Under the pieces are notes generated by a model. That model had not been told where the DNA came from. It searched no databases and saw nothing but the letters and a program-made list of their open reading frames with translations. A stretch of 64,000 nt of DNA from Gammaproteobacteria bacterium (GTDB lineage: Bacteria; Pseudomonadota; Gammaproteobacteria; Eutrophobiales; Eutrophobiaceae): positions 114,800 through 178,799 of the forward strand of contig CAXMWX010000012.1 in assembly GCA_963422205.2 (NCBI GenBank), read 5' to 3'. The position numbers were made by a program, and so were the translations under genes. Positions 45,500-54,166 of the stretch are shown one piece after another. Positions within the stretch are counted from its first letter, which is position 1. The number at the start of each line of letters is the position of its first letter.

Positions 45500-46324
45500 A
45501 TGAATATGTCTAAGCAAATTGATCCGTATGAAACCAGGCTGCATCCGGGGAATGCCTACTGGATGGCTAAAATTTCAAAGCTCATTTATGCGTGTAAAGC
45601 AGGCAGTAAACACCCTGATGAGGCATTGATATTAAGTCAATTAAAGGACGAGGATTCGGGTTTTCTTTCTGTTGTGGGCGAGGATAAAAATACTGCCCAG
45701 GCAGCCTTGATAGAGCATAAGGATTTTTTATGCATGGTTTTCCGGGGTACTGATGAGTTGGGGGACTGGTTGGACAACATTAATGCGTTTCCTGTAAAAG
45801 TGTTGTTTGGTGATTTTCATCGTGGTTTCTGGGGTTCTGTTAATGATGTTTGGGACAAGATAAATGGTCGGTATGAAGAATGCCGGGGAGAGAGAAAGCG
45901 GCCTTTATTTATCACTGGGCATAGTCTGGGTGGTGCGATGGCCACGATAGCGGCTTCAAGGCTTATTCATGACGATAAGCCATTTACTTCAGTTTATACA
46001 TTTGGTCAGCCAAGGGCGATGAGCCGTGAGACGGCTCAGTTTTTTAGTGTAGAGGCTAAAGGACGTTGTCACCGGTTTTTAAATAATGAAGACATTGTCA
46101 CCCGTGTCCCCTCAAGATTGATGGGGTATGGGCATGTTGGTAATTGTTTGTATATTGATGCGAAGGGGAAAATCTATAACAACCCGGGTTTATGGTTCAG
46201 GTTTTTAGATGTGGTTGAAGGGGCACTGGATACTATTAAAAAAGCGGGTAGTTTAGGCGCTATTGATGATCATGATATTGACAAGTACCTGAGTGCGGTA
46301 GAGAGGTGGGATGTGGATTTCTAA
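45500..46324 (+). CDS. Lipase class 3 (alpha/beta hydrolase)
   Basis: VFRGT, HRGF, ITGHSLGGAMA, YTFGQPR, DIVTRVP, DHDI..Y. Confidence 0.9.
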   Translation: MNMSKQIDPYETRLHPGNAYWMAKISKLIYACKAGSKHPDEALILSQLKDEDSGFLSVVGEDKNTAQAALIEHKDFLCMVFRGTDELGDWLDNINAFPVKVLFGDFHRGFWGSVNDVWDKINGRYEECRGERKRPLFITGHSLGGAMATIAASRLIHDDKPFTSVYTFGQPRAMSRETAQFFSVEAKGRCHRFLNNEDIVTRVPSRLMGYGHVGNCLYIDAKGKIYNNPGLWFRFLDVVEGALDTIKKAGSLGAIDDHDIDKYLSAVERWDVDF

Positions 46325-46337
46325 GGTGAGGGGAATT

Positions 46338-46529
46338 CTATAAATTCTCCAGTGCATACTGTACCGTATAGGGGGCATCTCGCTCATTATCACCAAGATA
46401 AAAGCGCAAGGCGCGGTCGGTGATACCGATGCGTCTGGCGGCCTCTCGCTGGCTGATGCCTGCCTTGTCAATCAGGGTGCGCAGGTAGTCAGGATCGGGG
46501 TTATGTAAGGCGGCGTCAGGTTTGGGCAT
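46338..46529 (-). CDS. Small XRE-like HTH protein
   Basis: LRTLIDKAGISQREAARRIGITDRALRFYL. Confidence 0.75.
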   Translation of the reverse strand: MPKPDAALHNPDPDYLRTLIDKAGISQREAARRIGITDRALRFYLGDNERDAPYTVQYALENL

Positions 46530-46567
46530 GGCATGGAGAGGCGCAGGCTGGGCCTGCGCCTTTGTGG

Positions 46568-46729
46568 TTAGACAAACAGTTTGGCGAACGCTACGGTAGC
46601 CAGGGTGACTGAGACGATGATCACCACCTCATACCAGCGGGTTTCCTTGTTGGCCTTGGCGGTCTGTGCCATGAGGTAGCTGATCTCAGCGTGGATTTTC
46701 AACAATTCAGTTTCCGTTAATTCTTTCAT
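46568..46729 (-). CDS. Small membrane protein
   Basis: MKELTETELLKIHAEI...C-terminal TM; GAGG RBS. Confidence 0.55.
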   Translation of the reverse strand: MKELTETELLKIHAEISYLMAQTAKANKETRWYEVVIIVSVTLATVAFAKLFV

Positions 46730-46817
46730 ATTTTTAACCTCTCTTTCGATGGTTGTTTTGTTAAGTTGCAGGGGCAGTATAGGAACTATATTCCTACATG
46801 TCAAGGCTTTTTAAGTC

Positions 46818-46842
46818 TTTTATTAAAACGTTTTAATAGAAC
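46818..46842. promoter_or_regulatory. Late-promoter palindrome, copy 1
   Basis: ttttattaaaacgttttaatagaac with core palindrome TATTAAAACGTTTTAATA; identical copy at 53846. Confidence 0.75.
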
Positions 46843-46860
46843 TCACCCTTTCCTGCCGCC

Positions 46861-47406
46861 ATGCTGGGCGGCATGTCTGATTCAGCATTCACTGCGGTTG
46901 CCCTGCCCTGGATACTCAAGATCGAGGGCGGCTATGTCAATGATGCGGCTGATCGTGGCGGTGCCACCCGCCACGGCATCACGATTGGGTTGCTGAAGGC
47001 CATCCGTGGTGAGGGGGTGACGGCAGCGGATGTCCGGGCTTTAAGCGAAGCGGATGCGGCTGAGATTTATCATACCCATTTCTGGCTGGCTAACGGTTGT
47101 AATGCGTTGCCCTTGGCTATTGCCCTGTGTCTGTTTGACGGGGCGGTGAATCATCAACCGGCCACGGCCAGGCGTCTGTTGCAAAAGGGCTTAGGCGTGA
47201 CTGCCGATGGCATTATCGGGCCGGTCACGCGGGCGAGAGCAGGTCGGGCAGATGCCAGTGTCTTTCTGCCTGATTATCTCTCTCACCGGGGCAAGTTCTA
47301 TGCCCGGCTGGCAGAGAAGGATCCCTCACAGGTTAAGTTTCTGCGTGGCTGGCTTAAACGCCTGTTTCTACTTCAACACACTATTTATCAGGAGGTTTAC
47401 CCATGA
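46861..47406 (+). CDS. Endolysin, glycoside hydrolase family 108 with PG-binding domain
   Basis: EGGYVND..DRGGATRHGIT, FDGAVN, DGIIGP, KFLRGWLKR. Confidence 0.92.
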   Translation: MLGGMSDSAFTAVALPWILKIEGGYVNDAADRGGATRHGITIGLLKAIRGEGVTAADVRALSEADAAEIYHTHFWLANGCNALPLAIALCLFDGAVNHQPATARRLLQKGLGVTADGIIGPVTRARAGRADASVFLPDYLSHRGKFYARLAEKDPSQVKFLRGWLKRLFLLQHTIYQEVYP

Positions 47407-47783
47407 AACTGTTATCTGCTATTTCCATGCTGTTTACTTTATTGCTTGTCACTGGCTGTGGTTCGCTGCCCTGGAACCCACAGGGCAATGCCGGTATTAC
47501 CCACGTGGAATTATCCGGCTGTGAAGCCGATGAGGGGGCTTCCGGCCAGCTATTCTGTGACATCGACATCATTGATGGTAAAGAGAAGACCAATGTGGAT
47601 GTCAAGGTTGTTCGTGATCTGGATAAGAACACGGTGACGGCGACCTATACGGCCAGGAACGTAGCAGCCTTTGAGGGTCAGGCCATACGGGGTGAAGTAG
47701 AGCAGGCGATTACGGAAAGTATCCGGCAAGTGTTACCGGCCATGACCGGTGAGATCATCAATGGCATCAAGGGTACGCCTTAA
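47403..47783 (+). CDS. Lipoprotein in the lysis cassette
   Basis: LLVTGC lipobox; ATGA overlap with the endolysin. Confidence 0.65.
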   Translation: MKLLSAISMLFTLLLVTGCGSLPWNPQGNAGITHVELSGCEADEGASGQLFCDIDIIDGKEKTNVDVKVVRDLDKNTVTATYTARNVAAFEGQAIRGEVEQAITESIRQVLPAMTGEIINGIKGTP

Positions 47784-47807
47784 AGCCGAGGCGATGGGAT
47801 TATTGAA

Positions 47808-48203
47808 GTGATGCCACCCTTGGAGTTAATCGCTGCCCTGCTTGGCCTGCTCACGGCCTGGAGTGCGTCTCTGATCTGGGCAATGCGCTGGGTCTTGGCC
47901 AGTCAGCGTAAGTATATGGATGAGAAGGTCGCTCACCTGACGGCCTTGATTGACAGCCATGCCAAGGCGATGGCTGAGGTGGAGCGTGAGCTGTCCGGGG
48001 CGGGGGTGAAACTTGAGCGTGAGTTGATGAGTTTGAAGGCGGAGCTGCCGGAGAAGTATGTCCGCCGTGAGGACTGGATACGTTTTGCCAATGTGGTGGA
48101 TGCCAAGCTGGATGCCTTGAATGAGCGTCAGAGCAATACCAATATGCGCATCGGCAGTCTGGCAGAGAAGGTCGAGCATTTTATGTGCAGGAGCGCAGGG
48201 TAA
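47808..48203 (+). CDS. TM/coiled-coil protein (Mu gp25-like position)
   Basis: N-terminal TM, LPEKYVRREDW. Confidence 0.65.
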   Translation: MMPPLELIAALLGLLTAWSASLIWAMRWVLASQRKYMDEKVAHLTALIDSHAKAMAEVERELSGAGVKLERELMSLKAELPEKYVRREDWIRFANVVDAKLDALNERQSNTNMRIGSLAEKVEHFMCRSAG

Positions 48204-48207
48204 GGCC

Positions 48208-48528
48208 ATGAGCCAGCACTTACTGGAAGTCAATCAGAAAAAGATCGTGCGCTGGCGCATCTTAAAGACTTTGGATGCGGGTCGTCCGGTGCCGGTGAAG
48301 GATGGGTTGTTATTGCAGGTGATTAACGATTGTGATCTGCATACCACCCGCACGGGCTTGTTACGGGCTTTGAATTACCTGGAAGAGAAGGGTTATGTCA
48401 GGACAGAGAAGAGGCACATTGCCGGTGTGGGTGAGGTGCTTGATGCCAGCTTAACGGCCAAGGGCATTGACTTCATTGATTACACTTTGCCTGACGATGC
48501 AGGCATTCACCGGCCGGTGCCGCTCTGA
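48208..48528 (+). CDS. Winged-helix protein (Mu gp26-like position)
   Basis: RWRILKTL...LNYLEEKGYV...LTAKGIDF....GIHRP. Confidence 0.7.
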   Translation: MSQHLLEVNQKKIVRWRILKTLDAGRPVPVKDGLLLQVINDCDLHTTRTGLLRALNYLEEKGYVRTEKRHIAGVGEVLDASLTAKGIDFIDYTLPDDAGIHRPVPL

Positions 48529-48610
48529 GGACAGAGGATAGATGTTAGGGGATACCGCTTCACGGCATACCTATTCTCTGTCTTCTGACCTCTGACTTCT
48601 GTTATCTGAC
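48529..48610. repeat. Inverted heptamer-array element, copy 1
   Basis: ggacaga/ggataga/tgttagg - core ataccgcttcacggcat - tctgtct/tctgacc/tctgact/tctgtta/tctgac. Confidence 0.7.
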
Positions 48611-49153
48611 ATGCCGCCCCGTTCTAAAATCTTATCTTTGCCGACTGACTTGCAGGAGGCTTTGAATGCCCGGCTGGTCGGCACCGGTTTTCAGAACTAT
48701 CAAGCGCTGGCCACCTGGCTGAACAGGGAGCTGGAGCAACGTGGCTTGACGCTGCGTGTCTCAGCGATGTCGATACACCGGCATGGGGAGAAGTTCGAAG
48801 AGAAGCTGGCGGACTTGCGCCTGGCGACCGAGCAGGCCAAGGCCTTAGTGCAAGGTGCCGCCGATGATGAGGGGGCAATCAATGATGCGGTGCTTCGCCT
48901 GACCCAGGAACGTTTGTTTACGTTGCTAAAAGAGATGGACCGGATTGATCCGGACAAGGTGAACATCGCTCAACTCTTACGTGGTATTGCCCAGGTAAGC
49001 AATGCTACGGTGCCGCAAAAGAAGTGGATGGTCGAGGTGCGCGAGAAGGCCAAAGCGGCCGTCAAGGCAATCAAAAAGACGGCAGTCAAAGGCGGCCTGT
49101 CACAAGCGGCGATTAAAGAAATTGAAGAACAGGTATTAGGTATTGTCCGCTAA
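48611..49153 (+). CDS. DUF3486 / Mu gp27-like small terminase
   Basis: MPPRSKILSLP, S.IHRHG, GLSQAAIKEIEEQVLGI. Confidence 0.85.
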   Translation: MPPRSKILSLPTDLQEALNARLVGTGFQNYQALATWLNRELEQRGLTLRVSAMSIHRHGEKFEEKLADLRLATEQAKALVQGAADDEGAINDAVLRLTQERLFTLLKEMDRIDPDKVNIAQLLRGIAQVSNATVPQKKWMVEVREKAKAAVKAIKKTAVKGGLSQAAIKEIEEQVLGIVR

Positions 49154-50585
49154 ATCCCCCAGCAGTTACTTCCTGCCCTACCAGTTAGCCTGGATCAAGG
49201 ATGTTTCCCGTTTCAAGATTTGGGAAAAATCCCGCCGCATTGGGGCAACCTATGCGCAGAGTTATGAGGATGTGATTGATGCGGTACGTGCTAAGGGGGC
49301 AATGGATGTGTGGTTCTCATCCGCCGATGAGTCTGCTGCCAGGGAATATATTCGCTACTGTACTCAGTGGGCAAAGTTATTTAACTATGCCGCCAGGGAG
49401 CTGGGCGAGGTGGTCATTGATTCTGACAAGGACATCAAGGCGTATGTGATTGCCTTTGCCAACGGCAGGCGTATTCATGGGTTATCATCCAATCCCAAGG
49501 CATTCCGTTCCAAGGGCGGCAAGCTGGTCTTGGATGAGTATGCTTTTCATGGTGATCCGGACGCCTTATGGAAGGCGGCGTATCCGATTGTGACCTGGGG
49601 TTATCCGGTCAGGATACTGTCCACCTACAACGGCAAGGGCAATCGTTACTACCGCATGGTCTCGGACGCTAAGAAAGGTAATCAATGGGCATTACACACC
49701 ACCTCCATTGAAGATGCAGTTACCCAGGGTCTGGCAGACAAGCTGCACGGCAGGCCCTTAACGGCAGCAGAGCGTACAGCCTGGCTTGCCGAGCAACGGG
49801 CAGGTGCTGGGGATGAGGAGACCTGGCAGCAGGAGTATCTGTGTATACCGGTGGATGAGGCCACCGCTTGGCTGACCTGGGAAGTCATTACTGCCTGTGA
49901 GCATCCCGATGCCGGCAAGCCGGCACATTATCAGGGCGGGGACTGCTATGTCGGTATTGATATTGGCCGGCGCAAGGATTTATTCGTCATTGAGGTGGAT
50001 GAGCTGGTGGGCGATACCCTCTGGACACGGGAGGTGATACGTCTTAAAAATGCCACCTTTGCTGCCCAGGATGCCGAGATTGACCGCATCTTTGCGAGCT
50101 ACCAGGTCAGGCGGGCCTGTATGGATCAGACCGGCATGGGGGAAAAACCGGTGGAGGATGCCCAGCGGCGGCACGGGCAGTATCGGGTGGAGGGCGTGGT
50201 GTTTACCGCACCGGTCAAGCAGCATCTGGCGACCTTAATCAAGCAGCACTATGAGGACAAGCGGCTACGCACGCCTGAAGAGCGTGCCTATCGGGAGTCC
50301 CATCATGCGGTCAGGAAGCTGATGACCGTGGCGGGTAACCCACGCTTTGATGCCGAGCGTACCGAAGCCGGTCATGCCGATGAGTTCTGGGCGCATGCCT
50401 TAGCCATCCATGCCGCCGAGGAACAACAGCAGCCCGCCGCCGGTGTCTCTGTCAGTGAGGCGCCTGCCGATGATCCTTACCGCCCGCAATCGCTGCCCGC
50501 CACACATCGCCGCAGTGCCATTTTCAGGGCGAAGGCTAGTCAAACTACCAACTCTGCCAAAGCTGGCTTTATAAAGGCCTTATAA
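49143..50585 (+). CDS. Terminase large subunit (Mu gp28-like)
   Basis: LPYQ..W, EKSRRIGAT, LDEYAFH, QEYLC, GIDIGR, DQTGMG, GHADEFWA. Confidence 0.93.
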   Translation: MSAKSPSSYFLPYQLAWIKDVSRFKIWEKSRRIGATYAQSYEDVIDAVRAKGAMDVWFSSADESAAREYIRYCTQWAKLFNYAARELGEVVIDSDKDIKAYVIAFANGRRIHGLSSNPKAFRSKGGKLVLDEYAFHGDPDALWKAAYPIVTWGYPVRILSTYNGKGNRYYRMVSDAKKGNQWALHTTSIEDAVTQGLADKLHGRPLTAAERTAWLAEQRAGAGDEETWQQEYLCIPVDEATAWLTWEVITACEHPDAGKPAHYQGGDCYVGIDIGRRKDLFVIEVDELVGDTLWTREVIRLKNATFAAQDAEIDRIFASYQVRRACMDQTGMGEKPVEDAQRRHGQYRVEGVVFTAPVKQHLATLIKQHYEDKRLRTPEERAYRESHHAVRKLMTVAGNPRFDAERTEAGHADEFWAHALAIHAAEEQQQPAAGVSVSEAPADDPYRPQSLPATHRRSAIFRAKASQTTNSAKAGFIKAL

Positions 50586-50636
50586 AGCCCCTAATGGGCA
50601 ATAACAAGGCGATTTCAATGCGGGACAGTCAGATAA

Positions 50637-52040
50637 ATGAACATGTTGGATAAAATCCTTTCACCATTTAAGAAAACACCGGCGCCCGTGCGCGAGGCCT
50701 TCGGTGCAACAGTGGATGAGGACGAGACCAACTGGCGCCCCTTGACCGCCGACAGCCAGCGTGACCTGCCGGTCTTGACTGCCCGGCGGATGCGGGAGAT
50801 CTCCACCTGGCTGTGGCAGAGTAACTTGCTGGCCAACCGCCTGATTGAACTGCCGGTGGCTTATCTCTTGGCCGAGGGAGTCTCAGTCAAGGTGACCGAT
50901 ACCGAAGCACAAGCCGCCATCAATGCCTTCTGGTCTGATCCCATTAACCGCATGGACATCAAGCTGCCGAGGAAGGTACGGGAACTGGCGCTGTTTGGTG
51001 AGCAGTGCTGGCCGGTGTTTGTCAATCCCGTCAATGGCCATGTGAGGTTAGGTTATCTTGATCCAGAGCTAATTGAGACAGTGGTGACCGATCCGGACAA
51101 TGCCGAGCAGCCGGTTGGGATTGTGACCCGGCGGGGCAAGCATGGCAAGGCCAGACGTTATCGCATCATCATCAACGGCCCGGAGAGTTGTTTCTCGCCT
51201 CGTACCTGCAAGCTACGTGCGGGCTTTACTGATGGGGCATGTTTTTATTTCACGCTGAACAGTTTAAGCACGGGTCGGCGTGGGCGGGGTGACTTGCTCG
51301 CCCAGGCGGACTGGCTGGATGCCTATGAGCAGTTCATGTTTGGTGAGCTTGACCGGGCGAACTTCATGCGCAGCTTTATCTGGGATGTGGAGCTTAAAGG
51401 AGCTACACCGGACGAGGTCAAGCAGCGCACCAAGCACATCCATGCCCCCGCCCCGGGGACAGTGCGGGTGCATAATGAGGCCGAGGTCTGGAATGCTGTC
51501 ACGCCGGAGTTAAAGTCTGCCGATTCCAGTCAGGTCGCCAGGCTGTTCAGAAATCATATCTTAGGGGGAGCCACCATGCCGGAGCATTGGCATGGCGGGG
51601 GTGGGGATGTCAATCGGGCAACGGCCTCGGAGATGGGCGAGCCGACCTTCAAGATGTATTCCATGCGGCAAAGAGAATGGAAATATATCCTGGAAGAGCT
51701 GGCCACCTTTGTCATTAACCGCCGCTATGACCCGTCAGGCGAAGAGATGCTGATCGATGTGTTCAACCCCGATCCGGACTTCATACCAGAGGCTATATTC
51801 CCGGAGCTGACCACCCGTGACACGACAAAATACGCCTCGGCCTTGCAGCAGGTGACGGTGGCCGTGGGCTTAGGTGTGGAGCGGGGTTTGATGCCAGAGT
51901 TACTGGCCGTCAAGCTAATCCAGAGTGTGGCTGAACGCTTAGGTGTGGAATACGAGGCAGAAACGGAACTGGAACAAGCCAGGGCGGAAGCGGCCGAGCG
52001 GGCCGAGGCGGATACATTCGGTGAACCAGAAGACAGATGA
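50637..52040 (+). CDS. Probable portal protein
   Basis: 467 aa between terminase and MuF; PEHWHGGGGDVNRATA. Confidence 0.7.
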   Translation: MNMLDKILSPFKKTPAPVREAFGATVDEDETNWRPLTADSQRDLPVLTARRMREISTWLWQSNLLANRLIELPVAYLLAEGVSVKVTDTEAQAAINAFWSDPINRMDIKLPRKVRELALFGEQCWPVFVNPVNGHVRLGYLDPELIETVVTDPDNAEQPVGIVTRRGKHGKARRYRIIINGPESCFSPRTCKLRAGFTDGACFYFTLNSLSTGRRGRGDLLAQADWLDAYEQFMFGELDRANFMRSFIWDVELKGATPDEVKQRTKHIHAPAPGTVRVHNEAEVWNAVTPELKSADSSQVARLFRNHILGGATMPEHWHGGGGDVNRATASEMGEPTFKMYSMRQREWKYILEELATFVINRRYDPSGEEMLIDVFNPDPDFIPEAIFPELTTRDTTKYASALQQVTVAVGLGVERGLMPELLAVKLIQSVAERLGVEYEAETELEQARAEAAERAEADTFGEPEDR

Positions 52041-53521
52041 CAGAGGACGAAGGACGTAACAAACGCTTCAAGGCAGCACAGCGAGAAGTCATCAAGCAGC
52101 GTACTGCCATCCAACGGGAGACTGCCAAAGAGATCACCCGTCTGCTTAAGGTCTCGCTGGATAAGGTTACGGCTGCCCTGGCTGCCCAGCCGAGTGATTA
52201 TCAGCAATGGGCATTGCCGCCCTTGAAGCAATCCATACAGCGCACCCTGCATGAACTATCCGCTAAGGCCAGTGCGGCGGGTGAGCAGGGCATGGTTGAT
52301 GCCTGGGGTGCAGGCAAGGACGTGGTGGATGCACCGCTCACCGCTGGCGGTATTAATCTGCAAGGTATTGCCCAGAGCATGGACACTCGCCAGTTATTCG
52401 CCATGCGGGAGTTTATGACGGTGAGGATACAGGATATTTCAGTTAAGGCCATGAACCGCATCAACAGCGAGCTGGGCTTGATTATCACGGGGATACAATC
52501 GCCCAGCGAGGCAGTGGGTAACATCGCCTGGGTATTGAATGAGACCTCCAGGCGGCGGGCAATGACCATTGTCAGAACTGAACTAGGCCGGGCCTTCTCG
52601 GTGGCCAGCCACGAGCGCAGCGTGCAGGCCAAAGACATCCTGCCGGGTTTGAAGAAACAATGGCGGCGGTCGGGGAAGACCCATTCCCGTCCTGCCCATG
52701 ATGCGGCTGATGGGCAGATACAGGAAGTGGATAAGCCGTTTACCCTGGGAAATGGCATCCAACTGCTGCACCCGCTTGACCCCGCCGCCCCCGCATCAGA
52801 GACCATTAACTGTGGCTGTGTGGCACTGGACTACATGGCACACTGGGAGATGTCACAGCCAGGGGCAAAACCCTTTAGTGCCGATGAGCTTGCCCGCAAG
52901 CGGGCGGCACAGGGACACGCCGTGGCAAGCGGTCATACCCTGGCTGCACCCAGACGTTCAGGAAACCGCAATAAGGCCCGTCCACCCGTCCAGGGTAACG
53001 TAGCCAGACAGAAGTCAGGTCGCCGGGTGCAGCGTGTGATCGCTGAGTATGAGAACAAGTGGGCTGGCCTGCCCGTAGAGAATGCCGTGATCATCTCCAA
53101 GTCTGGTGAGGTACTGGCAGAGACGGCGGGCAGTGAGATGCAGGTGGGTTTTACCCGCTCAGAATTACGCAAGATGAGAGGCGCCATTGTGTTGCACAAT
53201 CATCCGGATGTGGCGTCTTTTTCCAAGGATGATATTGCCACGGCTGCCACACAGCGAGTGGCCGAGATACGGGTAGTGGATGCACAATACACCTACAGCA
53301 TGAAACCAGCTAAAGGGGGCTGGAATAAAACCCTGTGGCAGAAAATCATAGAACCAGCTATGGTTGATGCTGGATCAAAGGTTTACAAGCGTATGCGAAA
53401 AGCTGAACACGATGGTAAAATGACCCAGGCACAGTTTGATGCGGATCACTACCATGAGGTATGGGAAGACGTGGCAAAACAAACTGGCATTATTTATAGA
53501 CGACAGAAGAGACAAAAGTAG
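52037..53521 (+). CDS. MuF/SPP1 gp7-like head protein with C-terminal JAB/MPN-like extension
   Basis: RAMTIVRTE, KQW...RPAH...DGQ, P.DP...ETINCGC; after a basic linker, ENAVII...LHNHPDVASFSKDD. Confidence 0.85.
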   Translation: MTEDEGRNKRFKAAQREVIKQRTAIQRETAKEITRLLKVSLDKVTAALAAQPSDYQQWALPPLKQSIQRTLHELSAKASAAGEQGMVDAWGAGKDVVDAPLTAGGINLQGIAQSMDTRQLFAMREFMTVRIQDISVKAMNRINSELGLIITGIQSPSEAVGNIAWVLNETSRRRAMTIVRTELGRAFSVASHERSVQAKDILPGLKKQWRRSGKTHSRPAHDAADGQIQEVDKPFTLGNGIQLLHPLDPAAPASETINCGCVALDYMAHWEMSQPGAKPFSADELARKRAAQGHAVASGHTLAAPRRSGNRNKARPPVQGNVARQKSGRRVQRVIAEYENKWAGLPVENAVIISKSGEVLAETAGSEMQVGFTRSELRKMRGAIVLHNHPDVASFSKDDIATAATQRVAEIRVVDAQYTYSMKPAKGGWNKTLWQKIIEPAMVDAGSKVYKRMRKAEHDGKMTQAQFDADHYHEVWEDVAKQTGIIYRRQKRQK

Positions 53522-53727
53522 TGAAACGGCTTGACCCTGCCCATCCTCGCGCTGTCTACAGTCCGGTGTGTTTTCACTGCGAGCATGCCACCTCTATGGT
53601 ATCGCGCCTTTGTGAAGCTTTCCCCGATGGTATTCCGCATGAGATCTGGATAGGCGAGAACAAACATACTGAACCCTACCCAGGCGATAACGGCATCCAG
53701 TTTGAGCAGTACCAGCCGGATAAGTGA
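53521..53727 (+). CDS. Small Cys/His protein (candidate immunity/partner of the MuF extension)
   Basis: CFHCEH...CEAFPDGIP.EI..G...H..PYPGDNGIQFE; start overlaps the MuF stop. Confidence 0.75.
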   Translation: MKRLDPAHPRAVYSPVCFHCEHATSMVSRLCEAFPDGIPHEIWIGENKHTEPYPGDNGIQFEQYQPDK

Positions 53728-53845
53728 AGCGCTTGCCTGCTTAGTTATTTCATCTATTCTGAAACTCTTTTCCCTATTTGAAAATCTGACGCCAGACTAG
53801 TCACGCATCTGCTCTTAACCCTTGCCTGTAACCCTATGCTAAGGG

Positions 53846-53870
53846 TTTTATTAAAACGTTTTAATAGAAC
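53846..53870. promoter_or_regulatory. Late-promoter palindrome, copy 2
   Basis: 25-bp identity with 46818-46842; TATGCT at 53888. Confidence 0.75.
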
Positions 53871-53935
53871 AGCGTATTTGGCTGCTCTATGCTTTGCTCC
53901 AGGTAACTATCTGTAGTGATTCAGGAGCTAATGTC

Positions 53936-54166
53936 ATGTTCGTCAAAGATAAACCCGAAGATAAACCTGCCACGACAGCCAGCCAGCTAACGAAAGCACA
54001 AGCGGCGAAGCTGGTGAGACGCCCAGTTGAAGAAATTAAGAATGGCAAGACCATCACAAAAGAGGTCGCCATTAAGCCTGAGGAGGTGTTTAGCTTTACT
54101 GAGTATGCCGATCATATCGTGGTGGTCACGACCGATGGTCGGAAGTACCGGGGAGACAAGAAATGA
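53936..54166 (+). CDS. Phage hypothetical protein
   Basis: AGGAG RBS; HIVVVTTDGRKY. Confidence 0.65.
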   Translation: MFVKDKPEDKPATTASQLTKAQAAKLVRRPVEEIKNGKTITKEVAIKPEEVFSFTEYADHIVVVTTDGRKYRGDKK

